Assembly (NCBI GenBank): GCA_028280605.1
Contig: JANQLL010000103.1
Span: 1-50,476 of the forward strand
Source of the DNA: Candidatus Gastranaerophilales bacterium
GTDB taxonomy: Bacteria > Cyanobacteriota > Vampirovibrionia > Gastranaerophilales > JANQFW01
Length of the DNA: 50,476 nt
Direction of reading: 5' to 3'
The first letter of the stretch is position 1, and each line of letters starts with the position of its first letter. Below the pieces are notes generated by a model, which had not been told where the DNA came from, ran no database searches, and worked only from the letters and a program-made list of their open reading frames with translations. The translations under genes and the position numbers were made by a program. Shown one piece after another: positions 40,048 to 48,742 of this stretch.

Positions 40048-40731
40048 ATGAGTGAAGAGATTAAAGTTTTATTAGTCGAAGATCATACCATGACAAGAAT
40101 GGGACTACAATTAGTTTTAGAAAAATCCTGCGATATAAAATTAATTGCAGAAGCAGAGGATGGAAAAGCCGCAATAAAGTTAGCCGCAGAATTAACTCCT
40201 AATGTAATAATTATGGATATTGGCTTGCCTGAGATAGACGGTATTGAAGCGACTAAAAAAATAAAAGAATCTGAAATTTCCAGCAAAGTTTTAGTATTTA
40301 CATCCAGAGAAAATGAAACTGATGTTTTTGCTGCGCTAAGCGCAGGTGCAGATGCTTATATAATGAAAGGAGCATCTCCTGAAACATTAATTTCAGCTAT
40401 AAAAGCTGTAAATGATGGTGCAGCCTGGTTAGATCCTGCAATTGCAAAGCTTGTACTGGGCAATATTAGTCAACCTGCTCCACCTCAGCAAGAAGAAGCC
40501 AGTCCTGTAAAAGAAAAAGGCTCAAGAAAAAATTATTACGCAGGCTTGACAGAAAGAGAACTGGAAGTATTAAAATTAATAGTAGAAGGCTTGTCTAACC
40601 CACAGATAGCAGAAAGACTTTATATAACCAGGGCTACTGCAAAAGCTCATGTTCACAGTATTTTACAAAAACTCTGCGTTGATGACAGAACTCAAGCAGC
40701 TGTCACAGCAATGAGAGAAGGGATTGTTTAA
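40048..40731 (+). CDS. NarL/LuxR-family response regulator
   Basis: VLLVEDH, MDIGLP, LTERELEVL...HVHSILQKL...DRTQAA. Confidence 0.95.
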   Translation: MSEEIKVLLVEDHTMTRMGLQLVLEKSCDIKLIAEAEDGKAAIKLAAELTPNVIIMDIGLPEIDGIEATKKIKESEISSKVLVFTSRENETDVFAALSAGADAYIMKGASPETLISAIKAVNDGAAWLDPAIAKLVLGNISQPAPPQQEEASPVKEKGSRKNYYAGLTERELEVLKLIVEGLSNPQIAERLYITRATAKAHVHSILQKLCVDDRTQAAVTAMREGIV

Positions 40732-40753
40732 GGTTTTGTTCAGGTAATTACAA

Positions 40754-41617
40754 ATGCGGCTTAAATTTAAATATTTAATATGCTTGATCCTTATTCTTTT
40801 ATGTTCAAATAATTTTTCTTCATACGGTTTACCTTTTTTTAAAAAGAAACCTGAGCCCCTACCTGCTGAACAAACTGCCAGGGATTTTGCGGATTATTAT
40901 ATGCTATCTTTATATAATGATCCGCCTGGAGCGCAAAATATAGATCTTTCTAATCTTCAGCAATATAAAATAAGGGTAAGTTCTGCTGTCATATCACCTG
41001 ATATGAAAAAGGCTGTTTTTTCCGAAGTTTATTTTTACCCGCAAAGATTACAGGTCGCATCCAGGGCAATGTGGATAAATTTAAAACAAGTACTAAATTT
41101 TAAATCAATAGATTTATTGCACCCCAAAATGCTTAACTCTTATACAAAAACCATAATGACAACAGGTATGGACAGGTTGTATAAAAGAAATAGCTTTCGC
41201 ACATTAACAGTAGTTGACTGGTCTGCCGACGGTAAAAAAATTCTTTTGAAAGAAATTATAGGCAGAAGATTAAAAGGTATAAGCGCAACAAGGCTTTGGG
41301 CTTATAATTTTGAAGATAAAAGCCTGATTAGACTCAACAGTATACGCTCCGCCATTGTATATTATTGGAAAAATAAGTCCAAGGTACAGTTGGACGAGTA
41401 TGTATGGGATATTGCGCCTTTGGGTTGGTCATTATCTGACCCTGATTATATTGTTGTTAATTCATACGGTTATAGCAGGAGAGGCAAAAAAAGCTTCCTG
41501 GGCAGTTGGAAAGTTCATTTTCAAAATACCCGAACGGAATTAATATCTTTGCACAATCAAAAAACGCCCGTAAGTAGAAACGGTTATTTTTTAAACAGAA
41601 TAAAAGGAGGGTTTTAA
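40754..41617 (+). CDS. Hypothetical exported protein (beta-propeller-like)
   Basis: Signal peptide, ISPD and DWSADG motifs. Confidence 0.7.
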   Translation: MRLKFKYLICLILILLCSNNFSSYGLPFFKKKPEPLPAEQTARDFADYYMLSLYNDPPGAQNIDLSNLQQYKIRVSSAVISPDMKKAVFSEVYFYPQRLQVASRAMWINLKQVLNFKSIDLLHPKMLNSYTKTIMTTGMDRLYKRNSFRTLTVVDWSADGKKILLKEIIGRRLKGISATRLWAYNFEDKSLIRLNSIRSAIVYYWKNKSKVQLDEYVWDIAPLGWSLSDPDYIVVNSYGYSRRGKKSFLGSWKVHFQNTRTELISLHNQKTPVSRNGYFLNRIKGGF

Positions 41618-41631
41618 GGAGTTATTACGTT

Positions 41632-41961
41632 TTATTTTAAATAACCACCTTTAGCCATAAGTTTAAAATAAGTGTCCATATCATTAGTTTCAAGAGCCTT
41701 TTTTATCTGAGTAATTAACTTAGTTCGTTCTTTTAATTCTGTTTTAGTTAGTTTAGTCCGCTCCCCTGTACTAAGGTTAATACGCCACTTTCCTTCATAA
41801 GCAAATCCGCTTTTGATTCCTTGACCCTGCGCTAATTGATAGCTCTGGTTTAAGTGTAACTGAGCTCTTTGGTTTCTTGTACCAAAAAGCTCAGTAGCAG
41901 CTTTTCTTAATGCACCTATAGGCACATTTCCACCTCTAAAACCTAGACTTCCTATTTTCAT
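41632..41961 (-). CDS. Hypothetical basic protein
   Basis: 109-aa ORF beginning MKIGSLGFRGG. Confidence 0.6.
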   Translation of the reverse strand: MKIGSLGFRGGNVPIGALRKAATELFGTRNQRAQLHLNQSYQLAQGQGIKSGFAYEGKWRINLSTGERTKLTKTELKERTKLITQIKKALETNDMDTYFKLMAKGGYLK

Positions 41962-42073
41962 CTTAGCCTATTTCTTCTTCTTCTTTTTTAATTTTATTAT
42001 TTATTTAATCTTAGCTTTAAATTATTTATCATTATTTATTTAAAAATATAAACTAAAAACATAAAAAATATTG

Positions 42074-42565
42074 CTATAAAATAAAAGCTTTTTTATTATT
42101 TACTACTTCACTAATATTTTTTTTTATTTTAGGAAGTTTGCTGTCTTTTCTTTTTAGTTTAACCATTTTTTTTAAATATTTCTTTTTCTTAAATCTTTCA
42201 ATTAAACCCCTTCTAGTATTACGATCTCTAAGTAAGGCTAAATAGCAATTAAAACGTTCACCAAGGCTAGTTTTAGTCTCAGACAAATTTAATAGATATA
42301 GAGCAATGCCATTTGCATGAATTTCACCTGACTTAACTTTCTTTTTTAATACTCTCATGGCTAGAGCTTCCAGTACCCTGTAGTGTTTTTCAAGAAATGT
42401 TCTGCCTTCATTCTTAGAGCGATTCATAAATCCTTGAGCAAAATACTCCCGAGCTCTAGCCTTTGATTTCAGATATTTTTCTGTAGTATCTTTATATTTT
42501 TGAGAGGGAGTTCTCTTTATTCTTTTTATTTTAATATGTTTGACTAAATGCGTAAACGCATACAT
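42074..42565 (-). CDS. Hypothetical highly basic protein
   Basis: AAGGA RBS, K/R-rich 163-aa ORF. Confidence 0.6.
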   Translation of the reverse strand: MYAFTHLVKHIKIKRIKRTPSQKYKDTTEKYLKSKARAREYFAQGFMNRSKNEGRTFLEKHYRVLEALAMRVLKKKVKSGEIHANGIALYLLNLSETKTSLGERFNCYLALLRDRNTRRGLIERFKKKKYLKKMVKLKRKDSKLPKIKKNISEVVNNKKAFIL

Positions 42566-42828
42566 TTACATTTATTCCTTTTTTAACCTGCCTAATCATT
42601 TTAAAACAAAAATAAATATAAATGGAGGTCATAGTGAAATAAAAAAAACAGCTTCCGCTGTTTGGCTAAGATTAAGTTTTTTCTATGAATATTGTCGTAC
42701 TTTTATTTTCTCTACTTTTATAAAGTACACTAAAAGTTAATATTTCTAGCTCTTGAGACTAATAAATATTTAGCCTTAAGATTAGTGCTTAAAAATATAG
42801 CATGCGAATATTCTTTAGTTATTAAAAA

Positions 42829-43170
42829 TTATTTTTTTGATTTTAAACTTTTTAAAAGGATAATCAAACCGTCAATTGCGCTAGAATCTTTATTTAAAGC
42901 CTTTTCAAGTAGCTTATATACTTCCTGCTTATCTTCAGGCATGTTTTTTAAGATTTCTTCTGTGGGGGTGTGTTCTTTTTCCTCCAATAACAGATACTCG
43001 GGTGAGTAGCCCAGCTTCATCAGTTTTAATAATACGTCAATACGAGGGTATTCTACTTCACCTGTTTCTATTCTTGCCAGTGTAGTTTTAGGTATACTTG
43101 AATACTCAGCAAAAGCTTGCTGGCTCATTTTTAATTCCTTTCTTATAAACTTTATTTTTTCGCCTAACAT
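42829..43170 (-). CDS. XRE-family HTH regulator, copy 1 (113 aa; start revised from 43239)
   Basis: KIKFIRKELKMSQQAFAE...TLARIETG; same length as copy 2. Confidence 0.9.
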   Translation of the reverse strand: MLGEKIKFIRKELKMSQQAFAEYSSIPKTTLARIETGEVEYPRIDVLLKLMKLGYSPEYLLLEEKEHTPTEEILKNMPEDKQEVYKLLEKALNKDSSAIDGLIILLKSLKSKK

Positions 43171-43211
43171 TATTAAAACTAACCTTATATTATATAAAAA
43201 AATATAATCTG

Positions 43212-43283
43212 ATGTATAAGTGCATTGACTTTGTTGCATTAATACATTAATATATTCTTAAATAAGAAATGTATTAATAAAAT
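43212..43283 (+). promoter_or_regulatory. sigma70-type promoter overlapped by three palindromic operators
   Basis: TTGACT(43225)-N17-TAATAT; ATGTATAAGTGCAT, TTGCATTAATACAT, ATGTATTAATAAAAT. Confidence 0.6.
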
Positions 43284-43325
43284 GAATTTAATTTCCTCCA
43301 GCCAAAATAAGGGAAAATAATAAAA

Positions 43326-43532
43326 ATGCCACATAATAATGAAATCATTGATGATATTTTAGCTAAAATCAGCACAGAAGACTTAATAAGCGAATTAGCA
43401 ACCAGAGATGACGCCAAAGAGCTAATTTATACTTATGATGACTTCGTTATAGTCTCAGGATGTAATGAAAAATGCAAGCTAAGTTATGAAGCCAAAGGTC
43501 CGTTGCGGATTTTAATTTTAGAAATTCCTTAA
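43326..43532 (+). CDS. Small phage-associated protein, BC1881-like, copy 1
   Basis: LAKISTEDLISELATR...GPLRILI matches the STxELVEELxxR...GPAxIL pattern as recalled; AAGGG RBS. Confidence 0.65.
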   Translation: MPHNNEIIDDILAKISTEDLISELATRDDAKELIYTYDDFVIVSGCNEKCKLSYEAKGPLRILILEIP

Positions 43533-43706
43533 TTACATAATGAATACCTCGTAAGTTAGTATACATTGAAACACAAACAATTAATAAGTCAAACAGCAAA
43601 TAAAAGTATACAAGCTCTAACTCAAACAATAAATAAGCTATATCGTATATTATCCTATAAAAGACACCTGCTTCGCACCATCAGGTAGCTTTCTCTATTT
43701 TTTAAA

Positions 43707-44048
43707 TTATTTTTCTGATTTTAAACTTTTTAAAAGGATAATCAAACCGTCAATTGCGCTAGAATCTTTATTTAAAGCCTTTTCAAGTAGCTTATGTACT
43801 TCCTGCTTATTTTCAGGCATGTTTTTTAAGATTTCTTCTGTGGGGGTGTGTTCTTTTTCCTCCAACAATAAGTAATCTGCTGAGTATCCCAGTTTCATCA
43901 GTTTTAATAATACGTCAATACGAGGGTACTCTACTGTTCCTTTCTCAATACTTGCAATTGTACTTTGAGGTACACCAGTATGCTCAGCAAAAGCTTGCTG
44001 GCTCATTTTTAACTCTTTTCTTATAAGTTTTAATTTTTTACTTAACAT
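43707..44048 (-). CDS. XRE-family HTH regulator, copy 2
   Basis: KLKLIRKELKMSQQAFAEHTGVPQSTIASIEKG. Confidence 0.9.
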   Translation of the reverse strand: MLSKKLKLIRKELKMSQQAFAEHTGVPQSTIASIEKGTVEYPRIDVLLKLMKLGYSADYLLLEEKEHTPTEEILKNMPENKQEVHKLLEKALNKDSSAIDGLIILLKSLKSEK

Positions 44049-44102
44049 TGTTAAAACTAGCCTTTTGTTGAATAAAAAATAATATTTTAACCATGTAACT
44101 GC

Positions 44103-44131
44103 TTGACTTTAACCCATTTATCGATTAAGAT
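44103..44131 (+). promoter_or_regulatory. sigma70-type promoter of cassette 2
   Basis: TTGACT-N17-TAAGAT at the position equivalent to cassette 1. Confidence 0.55.
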
Positions 44132-44218
44132 ATTTATATAAGCATTGTTAATGTAACTTAAAATCTATTGATTAGAAGATTTTACCCCCTCCAGCCAAAA
44201 TAAGGGAAAATAATAAAA

Positions 44219-44425
44219 ATGCCACGTAATAATGAAATCATTGACGATATTTTAGCTAAAATCAGCACAGAAGACTTAATAAGCGAATTAGCAAGCAGAG
44301 ATGATGCCAAAGAGCTAATCTATACTTATGATGACTTCGTTATAGTCTCAGGATGCAATGAAAAATGCAAGCTAAGTTATGAAGCCAAAGGTCCGTTGCG
44401 GATTTTAATTTTAGAGATGGATTAA
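44219..44425 (+). CDS. Small phage-associated protein, BC1881-like, copy 2
   Basis: 64/68 aa identical to copy 1. Confidence 0.65.
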   Translation: MPRNNEIIDDILAKISTEDLISELASRDDAKELIYTYDDFVIVSGCNEKCKLSYEAKGPLRILILEMD

Positions 44426-44588
44426 CTACATAGCTAATACCCCGCAAATCATTAATGCAAGATTATTTTAGCATAAATATATGGATACTGTATTTTATAA
44501 TTATTTTTATTAAATACAGGAATGAGAGTAACCGGCTTCGCACCATCAGGTACCTCGACCATAAAATAAAAATAAACTTATTTTTGAT

Positions 44589-44623
44589 AAAGGCACCGGC
44601 TTCGCGCTATCAGGTGCCTTTTT
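44589..44623. terminator. Bidirectional terminator-like hairpin; related copies at 43666 and 44531
   Basis: AAAGGCACC-GGCTTCGCGCTATCA-GGTGCCTTTTT. Confidence 0.7.
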
Positions 44624-44644
44624 ACTTTTGTAAAAAAATCATCC

Positions 44645-46831
44645 CTACAATTTTTTGCCACTCAATCGTATACTATTTGTAACAACAGATACAGAGCTAA
44701 AAGCCATGGTCAAAGCCGCAATCATGGGGTTAAGCAAAACCCCGAATCCCGGATATAATGCCCCAGCAGCCAAAGGAATCGCTATAACATTATAAATAAA
44801 AGCAAAGAACAAGTTTTGCTTTAAAGTCCTCATAGTTTGCCTCGATAAATTAATAGCCTTAAAAGTACTGCTCAAATCACCTTTAATAATAGTAATATCA
44901 GAAGACTCAATAGCAATATCCGTACCGGTTCCCATAGCAATGCCAACATTAGCTTGAGCAAGAGCCGGCGCATCATTTATACCATCCCCAACCATTGCAA
45001 CAATTTTTCCTTCATCCTGAAGCTTTTTAACTACATCAACCTTTTCTTGCGGTATAACTTCAGGTATAAATCGTTCTATCCCTAATTTTTTAGATATTGA
45101 CGATGCAACAGCTTTTTTGTCACCGGTAAGCATTATAACTTCAATACCCATTGATTTTAGTTTTTTAACAGTTTCTTTCGCATCAGGCTTTAACGGATCC
45201 GAAACAGCTATTATTCCTCTTGCTTGTTTGTCAATAGACACACAAATTACAGTATTGCCTTCGGTCTGTAACTCAAGGATCTTTTGCGTAAAACTGCTTA
45301 TATCTATATTATTATATTCCATTAATTTTTCAGAACCAATTAAAACTTCTTTATCGTCAACAAAAACAGACAATCCGTGCCCCGGCAACGCTTTAAAATC
45401 TCGGGTCTGAGCAATATTAATATTTTCCTCTTGCGCTTTTTTTACCACAGCAAAAGCTAATGGGTGCTCTGACAATTTTTCTGCAGAAGCAGCAAAGTAT
45501 AAGAGTTGATTTTTATCTATATCAGAATAAATATCAGTTACAACAGGCTGCCCCATTGTAAGCGTACCTGTTTTGTCAAAAGTTATAGCTTGTATTTTGT
45601 CAGCTGCTTCAAGGCTCTCAGCATTTTTTATCAAAATACCGTTTTTCGCACCAAGACCGGCTCCTACCATTATTGCAGTAGGTGTAGCTAATCCCAGAGC
45701 GCAAGGGCAAGCAATAATAAGAATCGCAACAAAAGTTATAATAGCTAACGAGGGATTAAAATTTAACCAAATAAATAAAGTTAAAAGCGCAATCCCAATA
45801 ACAGTTACAACAAAATACCCGCTGATAATATCAACCAATCGTTGCACCGGCGCTTTAGAAGAGAGCATATTTTTGACCATCCCTATAATTTGGCTTAATG
45901 TTGTGTCTTCACCGATTTTTGTTACCTTAAACTTAAAACTGCCGGTTTTATTAATAGTTCCGCCAATAATATAGTTTTGTACTTTTTTCTCAACAGGCAT
46001 ACTTTCACCGGTTATCATTGATTCATCAATAGTTGAAGCCCCTTCAATAATTTCACCATCGAGAGGTATCTTTTCACCAGGCTTAACCAGAACAACATCT
46101 TCAATTTTTATATCATCAATTAAAACTTCCTTTTCACCCTCGTCTGTAATCACTAAGGCTTTATCCGGTTGTAGCTCCATTAATTCTTTAACAGCTCTGG
46201 ACGCCCTACCTTTTGCCTTTGCTTCCAGCATCCTGCCAAGAAGTATTAAAGAAATAATAACAGTTGCGGTTTCATAATACACTTCTGGTTTTTGCCCGAT
46301 CAATTCAAAAGCCTGAGGGTAAATAGTGCTCACAAGGCTATAAATAAAAGCCACCCCCGTACCAACAGCAATAAGAGTATTCATGTTAGCAGATTTTGTC
46401 TTTAAAGCTTTAAACGCACCAGTATAAAACTGCTTGCCAAATACAAAAATAACCGGCAATGATAACACCAAAAGAACCCAATCTTTATAGGGAAACTCTA
46501 TCATTAACATACTAATAATAAATACCGGTAGGGTAAAAATCAGACTTAAAGTAAAATTTTTTTTCTGTTCCTGATATTCCTTTTCTTCTTTTAATTTTGA
46601 ATCTTCTTTTTTAATAAGATCTTCGGATGTATAACCCGTATCAATAATAACTTTTTTCACCTGAGAAACAGCTATCACTTCAGGATCAAATGTTATAAAT
46701 GCACTTTTTATAGCAAAGTTAATTTTTGCTTCTTTTATTCCTTGTGTTTCATTTAGAGCCTTTTCTATTTTAGCAGCACAACTTGCACAGCTCATGTTGT
46801 ATATTTTAAGTTCTATTTTTTTATCATCCAT
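44645..46831 (-). CDS. copA: Cu(I)-translocating P1B-type ATPase
   Basis: MSCASC HMA domain, TGES, CPCALGLATP, DKTGTLT, SEHPLA, GDGINDAP, YN and MAFSS. Confidence 0.95.
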   Translation of the reverse strand: MDDKKIELKIYNMSCASCAAKIEKALNETQGIKEAKINFAIKSAFITFDPEVIAVSQVKKVIIDTGYTSEDLIKKEDSKLKEEKEYQEQKKNFTLSLIFTLPVFIISMLMIEFPYKDWVLLVLSLPVIFVFGKQFYTGAFKALKTKSANMNTLIAVGTGVAFIYSLVSTIYPQAFELIGQKPEVYYETATVIISLILLGRMLEAKAKGRASRAVKELMELQPDKALVITDEGEKEVLIDDIKIEDVVLVKPGEKIPLDGEIIEGASTIDESMITGESMPVEKKVQNYIIGGTINKTGSFKFKVTKIGEDTTLSQIIGMVKNMLSSKAPVQRLVDIISGYFVVTVIGIALLTLFIWLNFNPSLAIITFVAILIIACPCALGLATPTAIMVGAGLGAKNGILIKNAESLEAADKIQAITFDKTGTLTMGQPVVTDIYSDIDKNQLLYFAASAEKLSEHPLAFAVVKKAQEENINIAQTRDFKALPGHGLSVFVDDKEVLIGSEKLMEYNNIDISSFTQKILELQTEGNTVICVSIDKQARGIIAVSDPLKPDAKETVKKLKSMGIEVIMLTGDKKAVASSISKKLGIERFIPEVIPQEKVDVVKKLQDEGKIVAMVGDGINDAPALAQANVGIAMGTGTDIAIESSDITIIKGDLSSTFKAINLSRQTMRTLKQNLFFAFIYNVIAIPLAAGALYPGFGVLLNPMIAALTMAFSSVSVVTNSIRLSGKKL

Positions 46832-47087
46832 AAAAATCTCCTAAGCAAATAAGGCTTTAAAAGTTATTTTATTCAATATATTATTTATTATAGGTGCAAA
46901 ATTAAAATCGAGAAATAATAAATACTATTTTAGTGGGAGTATGTTTGTTGCAACTTTTAACAACAAAAGTTAATTTAATAAATGTTTCTTCAATAATTTT
47001 AGAAACCATCGATATACATCCAAATATGCAAAAAATTGGTGACAATTACCATCGCTGTAGGAAAAAGGCAAAAATTTTGTTTTGATA

Positions 47088-47125
47088 GCAATTTTTAAAG
47101 TCAAATTGTTTTTAATAAAATAAGT
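47088..47125 (+). promoter_or_regulatory. Conserved promoter-like motif (copy 4)
   Basis: GCAATT-N14-GTTTTT-AATAAA-ATAAGT-AGGTT. Confidence 0.55.
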
Positions 47126-47292
47126 AGGTTATTTATATAAGTAGAGCATACCAGTTGTAGTAAAATTAAAATCTATTTGTATGATATTAAATTTTAACTA
47201 ATGATGCAAAAAATATTTTGTTATTAGTTGAATATTAACCATAAAATATTTAAGCCCTTTTAAGAATTATTCATAATTTATTTTAATCTATT

Positions 47293-47399
47293 TATATTAT
47301 TTAATAAAATACTTTTCAGACTCTTTAATCGAGTTAAAGTTAATAAAACAAATTACTCTCAGAAAAGAGTAATCTGAAATTTAATTGATGAGCAGTATA
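47293..47399 (+). mobile_element. MITE-like repeat, ~107 bp
   Basis: TAAAATACTTTTCAGA...AAGAGTAATCTGAAATTTAATTGATGAGCAGTATA. Confidence 0.8.
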
Positions 47400-47575
47400 T
47401 ATACTAAGGTTAAAAATATAAGTGCTAAAGAGTAGTTTGAGATATCTGTATAAATAATACATGTTATTTATATTTTAGATAATAAAATTTTAATATTTAA
47501 AAATTTCAACTTACATTTATCATAAATTGAATTCGCATTGAGTATTTCTATAATTACGCATTTGGAGGTATATCT

Positions 47576-48178
47576 ATGTCTATAAATGTTCAAGTTAATA
47601 ATTTTAACTTTGGTTCTGGTCAAAGCGGTGGTGGTAATAATTCTGGTGGCACCAGTCGCGGTAATTCTTCTTCAAGCTCAAGCAGTTCCGGCAGCTTTAG
47701 CGCCAGCTGGTCCAGTTCAAGCAGTGGTAGTTCTCGAGGCGGTAGTCGCGGTGGTGTGCGAGGAGGCTGTAGAGGCGGCAGCCGTAGTGGTAGCCGTAGT
47801 GGCAGTCGTAGTAGTTCCGGCAGTTTTAGTGCGAGCTGGGCTAATTCAAAAAGTCAAAGTGGCTCAGGTAACCAAAAAGGCTCAAAAGGTCAAGGCAATA
47901 ATTTTATGCAAATGCTGGGCAACTTTGCAAAATTATTCAGTTGCTTAGGTATGCTGGGTGACATGGGAGGAATGGCGGTCATGGGTGGTCAAAATAGTCA
48001 AGCTGGTCAAGGAAATCAAGGTTGCTTCATGGCAATGGGGGCAGATGGTTCTTTTGCACTTGGTCAAGGTAATCTTGATAGTTTATTTGCTGGAAATACT
48101 AATCAAGGTCAATGCAATTGTAATCAGCAAAATAATAGCAATATGTTAGCAATGCTCCTGCTCGGCAGCTCTAAATAA
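47576..48178 (+). CDS. Gly/Ser/Asn/Gln-rich low-complexity protein
   Basis: TTTGGAGGTATATCT-ATG RBS; SGSFSASW x2, xRG(G/S) repeats. Confidence 0.8.
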   Translation: MSINVQVNNFNFGSGQSGGGNNSGGTSRGNSSSSSSSSGSFSASWSSSSSGSSRGGSRGGVRGGCRGGSRSGSRSGSRSSSGSFSASWANSKSQSGSGNQKGSKGQGNNFMQMLGNFAKLFSCLGMLGDMGGMAVMGGQNSQAGQGNQGCFMAMGADGSFALGQGNLDSLFAGNTNQGQCNCNQQNNSNMLAMLLLGSSK

Positions 48179-48282
48179 TATACTCCATCTAAAATATTTT
48201 TCAGAATTAAAGCGAGTTAAAGTTAATAAAACAAATTACTCTCTGAAAAGAGTAGTCTGAAATTGAATTGATGAGCAGTATA
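48179..48282 (+). mobile_element. MITE-like repeat, 104 bp, abutting a stop codon
   Basis: TATACTCCATCTAAAATATTTTTCAGA...GATGAGCAGTATA. Confidence 0.82.
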
Positions 48283-48344
48283 ATAACAGGCTAAGTTTTG
48301 ATTTAACTTTTTAGATTTTTAACTTTTTTTTTTCATTTTAAAGA

Positions 48345-48530
48345 GCAATTTTTAAAGAAAATTTGTTTTTAATAAGATAAGTAGGTTACATATAAAAAGT
48401 AGAAAATTAAAAGAGTTCCTTGCCCAATAAAAAGAATTAAAAAGTAGCAATTTTTAAAAATGTTTTGTTTTTATTATAATAAGTAGGTTACATGTCTGAA
48501 GTAGTAAAAAATAATTCCTTACCCAGTAAA
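48345..48530 (+). promoter_or_regulatory. Two tandem promoter-like motifs (copies 5 and 6, 102-bp period)
   Basis: GCAATT-N14-GTTTTT-N6-ATAAGTAGGTTACAT at 48345 and 48447, each followed by TTCCTTRCCCA. Confidence 0.6.
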
Positions 48531-48742
48531 AAAGTTTGAAATATGACTTAAGTTCGAAATGAACGCAAGTTTATAAAAACTAGAGAATTTTAGATATATA
48601 TAAGTAGGTATATTAAAGTATTAAAAAGTTTTTTTATCCAGTTAAATAAATATATTAAAGTAATGAGCTAAATTAATTTAAACTTACCTTATTTGAATTT
48701 AATTAGAGTGTTTCTTTTATTATATATTTGGAGGTTTTATCT

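Larger units (their letters stand above)
42826..44425. repeat. Tandem duplication of an XRE + small-protein divergent cassette (period ~880-890 bp)
   Basis: 42829..43532 versus 43707..44425: near-identical coding DNA, divergent intergenic DNA. Confidence 0.92.

Noticed and set aside
42826-44425. Intact prophage or diversity-generating retroelement TR/VR pair
   Set aside because: No integrase, structural or reverse transcriptase gene; differences are not adenine-specific
44455-44682. 75-aa ORF downstream of cassette 2
   Set aside because: Runs through terminator-like hairpins and overlaps the copA end; no RBS
46832-47080. CsoR/CueR/CopY operator upstream of copA
   Set aside because: No convincing consensus palindrome seen; only a lone repeat end and AT-rich symmetry
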